This document shows, piece by piece, positions 21,455-31,665 of a stretch of DNA of 32,000 bases (its first letter is position 1; the number at the start of each line of letters is the position of its first letter). This stretch comes from Candidatus Karelsulcia muelleri PSPU (GTDB lineage Bacteria; Bacteroidota; Bacteroidia; Flavobacteriales; Blattabacteriaceae). The DNA lies in contig NZ_AP013293.1 in NCBI RefSeq assembly GCF_000829155.1, positions 210,001 through 242,000 on the forward strand, written 5' to 3'. The notes under the pieces were generated by a model, which was not told the DNA's origin, did no database searches, and was given only the letters and a program-made list of their open reading frames with translations. Both the position numbers and the translations under genes were made by a program.

Positions 21455-22708
21455 TTAAATATTTTTATTTTTTATAATAAAATCTAAATTTTTTAAATTT
21501 AGCCAAAAATTAGGATAAGATTTATTTATTACATTATAATGTAATATTGAGATAGGATATAAAATTCCTAATGTAGAAAAAGACATAGCCATTCTATGAT
21601 CATCATAAGTATTTATATATTTATTTTTTTTATTTATTTTAAAATTTAATAATTTTAAACTATTTTTAGTTAAAATAGTTTTTACTCCTAATTTAAATAA
21701 TTCATTTTTTAATGCATTTAATCTATCAGTTTCCTTAACTTTTAAAGTTTTTAATCCTTTTAATATACATTTTTTTTTTAATCCAGTACAAGTTACTGCT
21801 ATAGTTTGTGCTATATCTGGAGTTGAATTTAAATTAATATTTATTGTTTTTGTTTTTAACAATTTTTTTTTTTTTAAATTTATTTTTTTTTTTTTAAAAA
21901 TTGTTTTAACATTAAAAAAATTTGTATATATTCTTGTGATCAATTTATCACCTTGCAAGCTTTTTTTTTTATAAAATTTTAAATTTAAATTAGCTTTTTG
22001 GGATAAAGCTACTAAAGAATAATAATATGAAGCTGAACTCCAATCAGATTCTATTAAAATTTTTTTTTTATTTTTAAATTTTTTTTTACTAAATTTTATG
22101 TTTTTTATATAAATAATATTATTATTCCAACTAATATTTATTCCAATTTTTTTTAAAATTTTAAAAGTCATCTTCATATAAGAATGAGAAGTAATTTTTT
22201 TTGATAAAAAAATTTTTAATCCATTTTCAAATGTTGATGCTATTAACATAATAGAACTTATAAATTGACTACTGAAATTCGCATTCATATAAATTTCACC
22301 ACCTAATAATTTTTTTCCCATTATTCTTAATGGAGGAAACCCAATTTCTTTTTCATAAACAATATTTGCTCCTAATTTTTTTAATGTTTCAACTAAAATT
22401 GAAATAGGTCTTTCTTGTATTCTATAAGATCCAGTTAATAAAACTTCTTTTTTTTCTTTTATAGAAAAGAATGCCGTTAAAAACCGCATAGCAGTACCAG
22501 AATGATTTATATTAATTTCTTTTTTATTAGAAAATAAAGCCTTCTTTAATAAGAAAGTATCATCAGAATTTGAAATATTTTTTAAAAAAATTAAATTAGG
22601 AAATAATGCTTTTAATATCAAAAATCTATTAGATTCACTTTTAGATCCGGTAATATGAATATATCCATTTATATCTTTTTTTTTTTTATTTATATTAATA
22701 TAATTCAT
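21455..22708 (-). CDS. aroA: 3-phosphoshikimate 1-carboxyvinyltransferase (EPSP synthase)
   Basis: 417 aa; GSKSESNRFLIL, HSGTAMRFLTAFF, RIQERPISILVETLKKLGA, DDHRMAMSFSTLG. Confidence 0.93.
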   Translation of the reverse strand: MNYININKKKKDINGYIHITGSKSESNRFLILKALFPNLIFLKNISNSDDTFLLKKALFSNKKEININHSGTAMRFLTAFFSIKEKKEVLLTGSYRIQERPISILVETLKKLGANIVYEKEIGFPPLRIMGKKLLGGEIYMNANFSSQFISSIMLIASTFENGLKIFLSKKITSHSYMKMTFKILKKIGINISWNNNIIYIKNIKFSKKKFKNKKKILIESDWSSASYYYSLVALSQKANLNLKFYKKKSLQGDKLITRIYTNFFNVKTIFKKKKINLKKKKLLKTKTININLNSTPDIAQTIAVTCTGLKKKCILKGLKTLKVKETDRLNALKNELFKLGVKTILTKNSLKLLNFKINKKNKYINTYDDHRMAMSFSTLGILYPISILHYNVINKSYPNFWLNLKNLDFIIKNKNI

Positions 22709-23036
22709 TTTTATTAATCCAAATTTTAAATTTATTTTTAATATCTAAATTAGAAAAACCTTTTTTTTTTATTCCATTTATCAGATATTTTTTAAAAAAA
22801 ATTCCCTTAAATAAAAATAAAGATTTAACAGTACATGTAGGTTGTGCTCCTTTAATTAACCAATTAACAGCTTTATCAATATTAATTGATATAGTATAAG
22901 GTTTAGTATTAGGATTATAAAAACCTATTTTTTCTATGAATTTTCCATCTCTAGGAGAACGAGAATTGGAAACTACAATAGTGTAAAAAGCTTTTTTTTT
23001 TCTTCCTTTTCTTTGTAATCGAATTTTTGTTGACAT
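22695..23036 (-). CDS. rpsP: 30S ribosomal protein S16
   Basis: 113 aa; STKIRLQRKGRKKKAFYTIVVSNSRSPRDGKFIEKIGFYNP. Confidence 0.95.
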   Translation of the reverse strand: MSTKIRLQRKGRKKKAFYTIVVSNSRSPRDGKFIEKIGFYNPNTKPYTISINIDKAVNWLIKGAQPTCTVKSLFLFKGIFFKKYLINGIKKKGFSNLDIKNKFKIWINKNELY

Positions 23037-23052
23037 TTTTTTTTATAAAAAG

Positions 23053-23123
23053 CAGACCCGTAGGGATTTGAACCCCAACTAACAGAACCAAAATCTGCTG
23101 TGCTACCATTACACAACGAGTCT
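23053..23123 (-). tRNA. tRNA-Gln (anticodon TTG)
   Basis: Reverse complement AGACTCGTTGTGTAATGGTAGCACAGCAGATTTTGGTTCTGTTAGTTGGGGTTCAAATCCCTACGGGTCTG; acceptor and T arms pair. Confidence 0.93.
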
Positions 23124-23130
23124 TAAAAAA

Positions 23131-23607
23131 TTAAATTTTAATTTTTATTAATTTAAAATTAATAATTTTATTATTTGGTAATTTAATATAAATTATATCT
23201 CCTATTTTTTTTCCAATTAATCCTATAGCAATAGGAGAATTTATAGATATTTTATTTTTTTTTATATTTGATTCACTTTCAGGAACTAATGTATAGTTTT
23301 GATAATTTCCATTATCAATATTTTTTAGTTTTACTTTAGTAAAAATTGATACTTGAGAAGTAGATATTTTAGAAATATCTATAATACGTGTATTAGATAA
23401 TTTTAATTTTAAATTAAAAATTTTAAATTCTAAAATTTTTTGAGCTGCTTTTGCAGCATCATATTCAGAATTTTCTGATAAATCTCCTTTATCTCGCGCT
23501 TCTGAAATTGCTTTTATTATTTTTTTACGTTCTATAGTTTCTAATTGTTTTATTTTATTTATAATTTTTTTTATTCCTTTTTTTGTATTATATTCAATAA
23601 TAGCCAT
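23131..23607 (-). CDS. greA: Transcription elongation factor GreA
   Basis: 158 aa; AISEARDKGDLSENSEYDAAKAAQ; ISINSPIAIGLIGKKIGDI. Confidence 0.96.
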   Translation of the reverse strand: MAIIEYNTKKGIKKIINKIKQLETIERKKIIKAISEARDKGDLSENSEYDAAKAAQKILEFKIFNLKLKLSNTRIIDISKISTSQVSIFTKVKLKNIDNGNYQNYTLVPESESNIKKNKISINSPIAIGLIGKKIGDIIYIKLPNNKIINFKLIKIKI

Positions 23608-23619
23608 ATATAAAAATAT

Positions 23620-25536
23620 TTATGTATCTATATTAGCAAATATAGAATTTTGTTCTATAAATTTTTTTCTAGGTATAACCTTATTTCCCATAAGCATATA
23701 AAATATATTTTTTGCAATTTTTAAATTAGATATAGTTACTTTACGTAAAGTTCTATTTATAGGATTCATAGTTGTTTCCCATAATTGTTCAGCATTCATT
23801 TCCCCTAAGCCTTTATAACGTTGAACACTTATTTTTTTTAAAGAATTCATTTTTAATTTTTTTAAAATTTTATTTCTTTCTTTTTCATTCCAAGCATAAA
23901 ATTTTTTATTAAAAGTTTTTATTAAAAATAATGGAGGTGTGGCTATATATATATAACCTTTTTCTATTAAAATTCTCATATATTTAAAAAATAAAGTTAA
24001 TATTAATGTTGATATATGACTTCCATCTATATCAGCATCAGTCATAATTATTATTTTTTTATAACGAATATTATCAATATTTAAATTGATTTTTTTTTTG
24101 TAAAAAAAAATATATACCCCTAAAGAAGAAAAAATATTTTTTATTTCTTCATTATCAAAAATTTTATTTATTATGTTTTTTTCGACATTTAAGATTTTAC
24201 CTCTTAAGGGTAAAACAGCTTGGAATTTACGTTCTCTACCTTGTTTAGCAGTTCCACCTGCAGAATCACCTTCTACTAAATAAATTTCACATAAATTAGG
24301 ATCATTAAAAGAACAATCTGCTAATTTTATAGGTAAAAATTTATGTATTGATGTTTTTTTATTTATTAATTCACGAGCTTTTTTTAAAGTTTTTTGAGCT
24401 TTAACAGACAAAAAAATTTTTTTTAATATTTTTTTTAAAAAAAAAACATTTTTTTTAAAAAATATACTTATATGTTTATTTATAATTTTTTCTACCAAAC
24501 CAATAATTTCATTATTTACAAGTTTATTTTTTATTTGTCCTTCAAATTGAGGATTAATAATTCTTATTGCTAAAATTGCCGTAAGACCTTCTCTTAAATT
24601 TTTACCAGTAATTTCTATTTTATTTTTTTTTAAAGGAAAAAATTTATAAAAAAATTTCTTTAAAGTTTTAGTTAATGCTCTTTTAAAACCAGAAATATGA
24701 GTACCTCCTTGAGAGGTATTAATATTATTAACATAAGAATAAATTTTTTCTTTAAAAGAAGAATTAAACCTCATAGCTAATTCTAATTCTAATTTTAGAT
24801 TTTTTTTTTTTATATAAATGATATTATCCTTTTTTTTTTCTAGAAATATTAAAAATTCTTTTATTCCTTTTTTGGAAAAAAAAAATTTTTTTTTAAAATT
24901 GCCATTTTTATCAATTTCTCTTTCATCTAATAAATAAATTGATAATCCTTTATTAAGATAGGATAATTCTCTTAATCTATTCATTAGAATAGAATAATTA
25001 TATTGAATTTTTTTAAAAATTAATTTATCTGCTTTAAAAAGAATTTTAGTACCTACTTTATTATTACATTTACCAATAATCTTTATTTTGCTTATTGGAA
25101 TTCCTCTAGAGTATTTTTGTTCATATATTTTGCCATTACGATAAACTTTAGCTATTAAATTACTTGATAATGCATTAACACAAGAAAGACCTACACCATG
25201 TAAACCCCCAGAAACTTTATAAGAATTATTATCAAATTTTCCTCCTGCACCAATTTTAGTCATTACTAATTCAAGAGCTGAAATTCCTTTTTTTTTATGT
25301 AAATCAACAGGAATACCTCTTCCATTATCTAAAATGGTAATGGAATTATCTTTATGTATTGTTACATATATTTTATTACAAAAACCAGATAATGATTCAT
25401 CTATAGAGTTATCTACAACTTCAGAAACCATATGATGTAATCCTTTAATTCCAATATCACCAATATACATTGATGGTCTTAATCTTACATGCTCAATTCC
25501 ATCTATATATTGAATATTTTTTGAAGTATAATTCAT
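23620..25536 (-). CDS. gyrB: DNA gyrase subunit B
   Basis: 638 aa; EHVRLRPSMYIGD, VDNSIDESLSG, GGKFDNNSYKVSGGLHGVG, LVEGDSAGGTAKQGRER, QRYKGLGEMNAEQLWETTM. Confidence 0.97.
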   Translation of the reverse strand: MNYTSKNIQYIDGIEHVRLRPSMYIGDIGIKGLHHMVSEVVDNSIDESLSGFCNKIYVTIHKDNSITILDNGRGIPVDLHKKKGISALELVMTKIGAGGKFDNNSYKVSGGLHGVGLSCVNALSSNLIAKVYRNGKIYEQKYSRGIPISKIKIIGKCNNKVGTKILFKADKLIFKKIQYNYSILMNRLRELSYLNKGLSIYLLDEREIDKNGNFKKKFFFSKKGIKEFLIFLEKKKDNIIYIKKKNLKLELELAMRFNSSFKEKIYSYVNNINTSQGGTHISGFKRALTKTLKKFFYKFFPLKKNKIEITGKNLREGLTAILAIRIINPQFEGQIKNKLVNNEIIGLVEKIINKHISIFFKKNVFFLKKILKKIFLSVKAQKTLKKARELINKKTSIHKFLPIKLADCSFNDPNLCEIYLVEGDSAGGTAKQGRERKFQAVLPLRGKILNVEKNIINKIFDNEEIKNIFSSLGVYIFFYKKKINLNIDNIRYKKIIIMTDADIDGSHISTLILTLFFKYMRILIEKGYIYIATPPLFLIKTFNKKFYAWNEKERNKILKKLKMNSLKKISVQRYKGLGEMNAEQLWETTMNPINRTLRKVTISNLKIAKNIFYMLMGNKVIPRKKFIEQNSIFANIDT

Positions 25537-26165
25537 TTTTTTGTAAAAAAAATTGGAATAAATATAATATATTTATTAAAAAAAAATTTTTCTTTAAAAA
25601 GATTTGATATATTATATTTAATATAAAATATATTTTTTTTAAAATTTCCTCCTTTTAAATAAATAATTCCATTATCTATTTTATTTTTATTATTTTTTAA
25701 AATATTTTTTTTAACTAATTTAATAAAATTAGTAAATTTTGTAACAGCTCTTCCAATAATAAAATTACATTTTTTATTAAAATTTTCTATACGTGTACAT
25801 TGTATATATACATTTTTTAAATGTAATTTATTAATAATAAAATTAATTAATTTTATTTTTTTTTTAATTGAATCAATTAATATAAATTTTGTTTTATTAA
25901 ACATTATAGCTAAAGGAATTCCAGGAAAACCTCCTCCAGTTCCAACATCAAGAATAATTGATTTATTAAAAAAATAAAAAATTTTATAAATACTTAAAGA
26001 ATGTAAAAAATGGCTTTCATAAAAAAATTTTAAACTATTTTTAGAAATAATATTAATTTTTAAATTAAAAAATTTATGTAATTTATATAATTTAAAAAAA
26101 TTATAAAATTTAAATTCATCTAATAATGAAAAATCTTTTTTCAGATTTTTTATTTTTTTTTTCAA
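25533..26165 (-). CDS. rsmG: 16S rRNA (guanine-N7)-methyltransferase RsmG
   Basis: 210 aa; ILDVGTGGGFPGIPLAIMF, LIDSIKKKIKLI, FIIGRAVTKF. Its TGA stop overlaps the gyrB ATG. Confidence 0.88.
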   Translation of the reverse strand: MKKKIKNLKKDFSLLDEFKFYNFFKLYKLHKFFNLKINIISKNSLKFFYESHFLHSLSIYKIFYFFNKSIILDVGTGGGFPGIPLAIMFNKTKFILIDSIKKKIKLINFIINKLHLKNVYIQCTRIENFNKKCNFIIGRAVTKFTNFIKLVKKNILKNNKNKIDNGIIYLKGGNFKKNIFYIKYNISNLFKEKFFFNKYIIFIPIFFTKK

Positions 26166-26213
26166 AATATTATTATTATATATACATACAATTATATAAT
26201 AATTATAGATCTT

Positions 26214-27395
26214 ATGTTATCAGATAGAATACTTAATATGGGATATTCTAAAACATTAGAAATGACTTCTAAAGCAAGAGAATTAAAAGAATTAGGTTAT
26301 AATATAATAAATTTAAGTGTTGGAGAACCAAATTTTAATACTCCATCTTTTATATTAAATGCTGCTAAAAAAGCTATAAATGAAGGGTATAATTATTATA
26401 CTCCTATATCAGGATTAAAAAATTTAAAAGAAATTATATGTAATAAATTTAAACGTGATAATAATTTAAATTATAAAATATCACAAATAGTAGTAAGTAA
26501 TGGTGTAAAACAATCAATTATAAATATATTTTTAGCTTTATTAAATAAAGATGATGAAGTAATAATTCCAGCTCCTTATTGGGTAAGTTATTATGAAATG
26601 GTTAAATTTTGTAAAGCTAAACCTATTATTATACCAACTACAATAAAAGATAATTTTAAAATTACTTATAAACAATTAAAAAATGTAATAAACTATAAAA
26701 CAAAAATATTTGTATTTAATACTCCATGTAATCCTACAGGAAGTGTTTATTCTAAAGAAGAATTAAAAAATTTAGTAAAAGTATTATCAAAATTTGATAA
26801 AATAATAATTATTTCAGATGAAATATATGAATATATAATTTATGGAAAAAAACATATTAGTCTTGCTTCTTTTCCAGAAGTATATAATAAAACAGTTACA
26901 TTAAATGGTCTTTCTAAATCATTTGCTATGACAGGATGGAGAGTCGGATATATGGGGGGGCCTGAATGGATTGCTAAAGCTTGTGAAAAAATTCAAGGTC
27001 AAACCACATCATGTGTAAATATAATAGCACAATGTGCTTCTATTGAAGCATTAAAAAATAATACTAAAAAGTCTTTAAAAAAGATAATAAATGAATTTAA
27101 AATAAAAAGAGATTTAATAATAAGTATTTTAAATAAAATACCTCAATTTAAATTTAAAATACCTGAAGGTACTTTTTATATCTTTATAGATATTTCTTTT
27201 TTATTAAAAAATAAAAAATATAATTTTTATATTAAATCATCAAATAATTTTGCTATGTATTTACTTAATAAATGTCATATAGCAACAGTATCAGGAGAAG
27301 CTTTTGGATATAAAAATGGACTTAGAATATCATATGCTAATGATAAAAAAAAAATTATTGAAGGATTTAATAGAATTAAAAATTATTTAAAATAA
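26214..27395 (+). CDS. aspC: Class I/II aminotransferase, aspartate aminotransferase-like
   Basis: 393 aa; YNIINLSVGEPNFNTPSFI, NPCNPTGSVYSKEEL, SDEIYEYIIY, NGLSKSFAMTGWRVGYMGGP. Confidence 0.88.
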   Translation: MLSDRILNMGYSKTLEMTSKARELKELGYNIINLSVGEPNFNTPSFILNAAKKAINEGYNYYTPISGLKNLKEIICNKFKRDNNLNYKISQIVVSNGVKQSIINIFLALLNKDDEVIIPAPYWVSYYEMVKFCKAKPIIIPTTIKDNFKITYKQLKNVINYKTKIFVFNTPCNPTGSVYSKEELKNLVKVLSKFDKIIIISDEIYEYIIYGKKHISLASFPEVYNKTVTLNGLSKSFAMTGWRVGYMGGPEWIAKACEKIQGQTTSCVNIIAQCASIEALKNNTKKSLKKIINEFKIKRDLIISILNKIPQFKFKIPEGTFYIFIDISFLLKNKKYNFYIKSSNNFAMYLLNKCHIATVSGEAFGYKNGLRISYANDKKKIIEGFNRIKNYLK

Positions 27396-28181
27396 ATATT
27401 CTTCTTTTGAAGAAATTCCTAATGATTTATAAATATATTTATATGTAGATAGTAAATATGGATTACCATTAATTATAGCAATATTATGTTCATAATGTGC
27501 TGATTTTTTTTTATCTTTAGTAGATATAGTCCAACCATCATTATTAAATTTTATTTTTTTTTTACCTTTATTAACCATAGGTTCTATTGCTAATACTAAT
27601 CCATTTAATAATTTTAATCCAATGGTTTTTAACCCATAATTAGGGACATTAGGTTTTTCATGAATTTTTTTTCCTAATCCATGTCCTACAAATTCTCTTA
27701 CTATAGAATATCCATGTTTTTCAACGTAATTTTGAATTGCATATCCTATATCTCCTATATAATTTCCTAATTTACATTCAGAAATTCCTAAATAAAGTGA
27801 TTTTTTTGTAATTTTAAGTAATTTTTTTATATTTTCATTAACATTACCTACTTCAAATGTATAAGCATGTTCACCATAATAATTATTAATTTTTACTCCA
27901 CAATCAATAGATAATATATCTCCATCACATAAGGGTTTTTTATTAGGAATACCGTGAATAACTTGTTCATTAGTAGATGCACAAATAGTATAAGGATAAT
28001 TATATAATCCTAAAAAAGCAGGTATAGCTCCATTATCTCTAATAAATTCTTCAGCTAATGAATCTAAATATAATGTGTTAATTCCAGGTTTAATTTCATT
28101 AGTTAACATACCTAATGTTTTAGATACTAAGATAGAACTTGATTTTATCATTTTAATTTCCTCAATAGTTTTGATATCCAT
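27387..28181 (-). CDS. map: Type I methionine aminopeptidase
   Basis: 264 aa; GIPNKKPLCDGDILSIDCGVKINNYYGEHAYTFEVG, EFVGHGLGKKIHEKPNVPNYG, VLAIEPMVNKG, YEHNIAI. Confidence 0.93.
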   Translation of the reverse strand: MDIKTIEEIKMIKSSSILVSKTLGMLTNEIKPGINTLYLDSLAEEFIRDNGAIPAFLGLYNYPYTICASTNEQVIHGIPNKKPLCDGDILSIDCGVKINNYYGEHAYTFEVGNVNENIKKLLKITKKSLYLGISECKLGNYIGDIGYAIQNYVEKHGYSIVREFVGHGLGKKIHEKPNVPNYGLKTIGLKLLNGLVLAIEPMVNKGKKKIKFNNDGWTISTKDKKKSAHYEHNIAIINGNPYLLSTYKYIYKSLGISSKEEYLF

Positions 28182-28252
28182 TTTTTTTAAAAAATTAATT
28201 AATAAAATCTTATTTTATATATATAAAATATAAAATATAATTTTTAAAAAAA

Positions 28253-28468
28253 ATGGCACATCCTAAAAGAAGACAATCTAAATCTAGAAAAAAAAAAAGA
28301 AGAACTCATTATTATATTTTAAATCCAAGATTAGGGATAGATATAGAAACTAAACAATATCATTTATATCATAGAGCTCATTGGTATGAAAATAAATTAT
28401 TTTATAGAGGAAAAATTTTAATAGATAAAAATAAATTTTTTTTTAAAAAAAAATTAATTAATATATAA
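28253..28468 (+). CDS. rpmF: 50S ribosomal protein L32
   Basis: 71 aa; [22 protein letters not shown]...[21 protein letters not shown]. Confidence 0.9.
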   Translation: MAHPKRRQSKSRKKKRRTHYYILNPRLGIDIETKQYHLYHRAHWYENKLFYRGKILIDKNKFFFKKKLINI

Positions 28469-29434
28469 TAATTTTTTTATTTTATTTAAAATATCTATTT
28501 TATTAGGATACCATTCTTCAATTAAATTTTTAGCATAAGGTGCAGGAGTATCTTGTACGGTAATTCTTTGAATTGGAGAATCTAAATAATCAAAAGCTTC
28601 TTGTTGAATAACATAAGCTATTTCAGAAGAAATAGATGCAAATGGCCATGATTCTTCTAAAATAAGTAATCTATTGGTTTTTTTTACAGAATTTATAATT
28701 GTATTATAATCTAAAGGACGTATAGTACGTAAATCTATAACTTCTACACTAATATTTTTATTTTCAAGTTCTAAAGCAATATTTAAAGCCATTTTTATTA
28801 TTTTTCCAAAAGAAACTATGGTAACATCATTTCCTATTTTTTTTACATTTGCTATTCCTAATGGAATAGTATATTCTTCAATTGGTATCATCATTTGATC
28901 TCCATACATCTGTTCAGATTCCATAAATATTACTACATCGTTATCACGTATTGATGATTTTAAAAGACCTTTTGCATCATAAGGATTAGAAGGAATGACT
29001 ACTTTTAAACCTGGGCAATTAGCATACCAACTTTCAAAAGATTGAGAATGTGTAGAACCTAATTGTCCTGCAAACCCTGTAGGACCTCTAAAAACTATTG
29101 GAATATTCCATTGTCCTCCACTCATTTGTCTTATTTTAGCAGCATTATTAATTATTTGATCCATAGCTACTAATGAAAAATTAAAAGTCATAAATTCAAT
29201 AATAGGACGACATCCATTCATAGCTGAACCAATTCCTATTCCAGAAAAACCTAATTCAGAGATGGGTGTATCAATTATTCTTTTATGACCAAATTCTTTT
29301 AGCATTCCTTTAGAAGCTTTATATGCACCATTATATTCTGCTACTTCTTCTCCCATTAAATATATTGTTTTATCTTTTCTCATTTCTTCACTCATAGCAG
29401 CAGCTATAACTTCTCTAAAACTCATTTTTTTCAT
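28454..29434 (-). CDS. pdhB: Pyruvate dehydrogenase E1 component subunit beta
   Basis: 326 aa; [92 protein letters not shown]. Confidence 0.95.
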   Translation of the reverse strand: MKKMSFREVIAAAMSEEMRKDKTIYLMGEEVAEYNGAYKASKGMLKEFGHKRIIDTPISELGFSGIGIGSAMNGCRPIIEFMTFNFSLVAMDQIINNAAKIRQMSGGQWNIPIVFRGPTGFAGQLGSTHSQSFESWYANCPGLKVVIPSNPYDAKGLLKSSIRDNDVVIFMESEQMYGDQMMIPIEEYTIPLGIANVKKIGNDVTIVSFGKIIKMALNIALELENKNISVEVIDLRTIRPLDYNTIINSVKKTNRLLILEESWPFASISSEIAYVIQQEAFDYLDSPIQRITVQDTPAPYAKNLIEEWYPNKIDILNKIKKLLYIN

Positions 29435-29440
29435 AAAAAA

Positions 29441-30511
29441 TTATGATAATCTATTTATATTATTTAACTTTTCGAAAGTATTTTTTAATATTTTTTTTAA
29501 ATTATTTTCTCCTTTTCTAAGCCAAACTCTAGGATCATAATATTTTTTATTAGGTAATAATTTTCCTTGTGGATTTCCAATTTGATTTTTTAAATATTCT
29601 GTATTATTATTAATATAATCTCTTACACCGCCAGTAAATGAATATTGAATATCTGTATCTAAATTAATTTTAATTACACCATAATTAATAGAATTTTTAA
29701 ATTCATTTAATGAGGATCCCGATCCTCCATGAAATACAAAATTTATTGGTTTTGGTTTATTTTTATTTTTATTTTTAATATAATTTTGACAATTATTTAA
29801 AATTTCAGGTTTAAGTGAAATAATTCCTTTATTATAAACTCCATGTACATTTCCAAATGAAGCAGCTATAATAAATTTAGAATTTATTTTTATTAATTCA
29901 TTATAAAATTTAAAAACTTCTTTAGGTGAAGTATATAATTTATCAAAATTTATTTTAGTATTATCTATTTCATCTTCTTTACCTCCAGTAATTCCTAATT
30001 CTACTTCTAGAGTCATATTAATTTTTTTCATACGTTTAAAATAAATTTTTGAAATTTTAATATTTTCAATTAAAGATTCTTCAGACAAATCTATCATATG
30101 AGAACTAAATAAGGTTTTTCCAAAAACTTTATAATAATTTTCATTTATTGTTAATAAACCATCTATCCATGGTAATAATTTTTTATTACAATGATCAGTA
30201 TGTAATATAACTGTAGTATTATAATATTCAGATAATTCATGAACATATTTAGCTCCACAAATAGATCCTATTATAGAAGCTTTTTCATTTAAATTATTTA
30301 ATGATTTTCCAGCAAAAAATAAAGAGCCTCCATGAGAAAATTGGATTATTACAGGAGAATTAACTTTTTTAGCTGTTTCCAACACAGCCTTTATACTATT
30401 AGATCCAATTACATTTACTGCAGGTAAAGCAAAATTTTCTTCTTTTGCATATTGAAATATTTCTTCTACAAGATTTCCAGTAGCAACTCCTGGAGGAAAT
30501 TTTTTTTTCAT
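29441..30511 (-). CDS. fbaA: Class II fructose-bisphosphate aldolase
   Basis: 356 aa; FALPAVNVIGSNSIKAVLETA, VILHTDHCNKKLLPWIDGLL, SSHMIDLSEE, NFVFHGGSGSSLNEF, KINLDTDIQYSFTGGVRDY. Confidence 0.94.
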   Translation of the reverse strand: MKKKFPPGVATGNLVEEIFQYAKEENFALPAVNVIGSNSIKAVLETAKKVNSPVIIQFSHGGSLFFAGKSLNNLNEKASIIGSICGAKYVHELSEYYNTTVILHTDHCNKKLLPWIDGLLTINENYYKVFGKTLFSSHMIDLSEESLIENIKISKIYFKRMKKINMTLEVELGITGGKEDEIDNTKINFDKLYTSPKEVFKFYNELIKINSKFIIAASFGNVHGVYNKGIISLKPEILNNCQNYIKNKNKNKPKPINFVFHGGSGSSLNEFKNSINYGVIKINLDTDIQYSFTGGVRDYINNNTEYLKNQIGNPQGKLLPNKKYYDPRVWLRKGENNLKKILKNTFEKLNNINRLS

Positions 30512-30545
30512 TATTAATAATAATAAAAAATTAAAATCTATCTAA

Positions 30546-31424
30546 TTAATAGATAGATAATTTTTTTTTATTAAGTAAAATTTTTACTACTTTATCGAGT
30601 ATTCCATTAATATAAATTTTACTTTTTTTTGTTGAAAAAATTTTTGTTATTTCTATATATTCATTTAATGTTACTTTAAATGGAATTTTTTTAAAAAAAA
30701 TTAATTCACATATAGCCATTTGTAAAATGATTAAATTTATTATAGATAATTTTGTTATTTTCCAATTTTGGGATATTTTTTCTATTAAAATATTGAAATA
30801 TTTTTGATAAAAAATCGTATTTTTATATAAAAATTTAATAAAATTAATTTGTTTTTTATTTTTATATATATTTATATATATAATTTTTTTTTTTTTTATT
30901 AAAAAAAAAAAATTATAAACTATAATATGTGTTATATTTATATTAATAAAACATGTAAGATCATAATTTTTTAAAAATTTATATAAAAATTTGTTTTTAG
31001 AAAAACAATATTTATAATATTTTAAAATAAATTCTTTATCTCTATAAAATTCGTATTTTTTTTTATTTAAAACTAAATTAATAGTTTTTAATTTTTTTAA
31101 TAAAAACTTTAAAAGTTTTTTTTTATATAAAAAATTTATTTTATAATTATAAAAAATTATTTTTTTTTTTTTTGAAAGTAATTCAATTAAAGAATTTTTT
31201 TTAAAAAAATAAAAATTATAATTTATTTTATCAAATTTTTTTTTTATTATAATCTTTCTTAAGATTATTATTAAATTTAAAAAAAAAATATAAATATCAT
31301 ATATGTAATATATGCTTTCAAAAAGTGTTTTTTCTAAAAAATTACTATCTGTATTAGATAAATAATATGCATATAAAAATTGCATTACTCTAATTCTCAA
31401 ATTTCTTCTTATTAAGAATTTCAA
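30546..31424 (-). CDS. nusB: Transcription antitermination protein NusB (long Bacteroidota form)
   Basis: 292 aa; MKFLIRRNLRIRVMQFLYAYYLS, C-terminal ILQMAICELIFFKKIPFKVTLNEYIEITKIFSTKKSKIYINGILDKV. Confidence 0.88.
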   Translation of the reverse strand: MKFLIRRNLRIRVMQFLYAYYLSNTDSNFLEKTLFESIYYIYDIYIFFLNLIIILRKIIIKKKFDKINYNFYFFKKNSLIELLSKKKKIIFYNYKINFLYKKKLLKFLLKKLKTINLVLNKKKYEFYRDKEFILKYYKYCFSKNKFLYKFLKNYDLTCFININITHIIVYNFFFLIKKKKIIYINIYKNKKQINFIKFLYKNTIFYQKYFNILIEKISQNWKITKLSIINLIILQMAICELIFFKKIPFKVTLNEYIEITKIFSTKKSKIYINGILDKVVKILLNKKKLSIY

Positions 31425-31665
31425 TTTTTTTATATAAAATTATTATTATAGTTAATATATTGATATTAACAAAAATTATATTAATACATGATAAAAATAA
31501 TTTTTAAAGTTAAAAAAAAAATAATAAATAAAAAATATAATTTCTATATTAATATAGATTAATATTATTATTAAATAATAATTTTTTTTTATTCTTAAAA
31601 AAAAGAAATTAATATAATTTTTAAAAAAAAAAATATATAATATATTTTATAAAAATATAATTTAA

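Noticed and set aside
25533-25535. Possible UGA reassignment (as in some tiny symbiont genomes)
   Set aside because: Tryptophans are encoded by TGG in conserved motifs (for example AlaRS NWSFGDY), and rsmG ends at a TGA that overlaps the gyrB ATG. The standard code fits.
29712-29727. Palindrome GAGGATC-CC-GATCCTC inside fbaA
   Set aside because: It falls on codons for the highly conserved HGGSGSS motif of class II aldolases, so protein constraint plus codon use can explain it. Arms are only 7 bp with an impossible 2-nt loop for a stable hairpin.
31425-31665. Roughly 240-bp spacer between nusB and the sigma-70 gene, considered as a hidden gene or RNA
   Set aside because: Only short A/T runs and weak AT-only inverted repeats seen; no coding frame, tRNA fold or GC-containing stem I can support.
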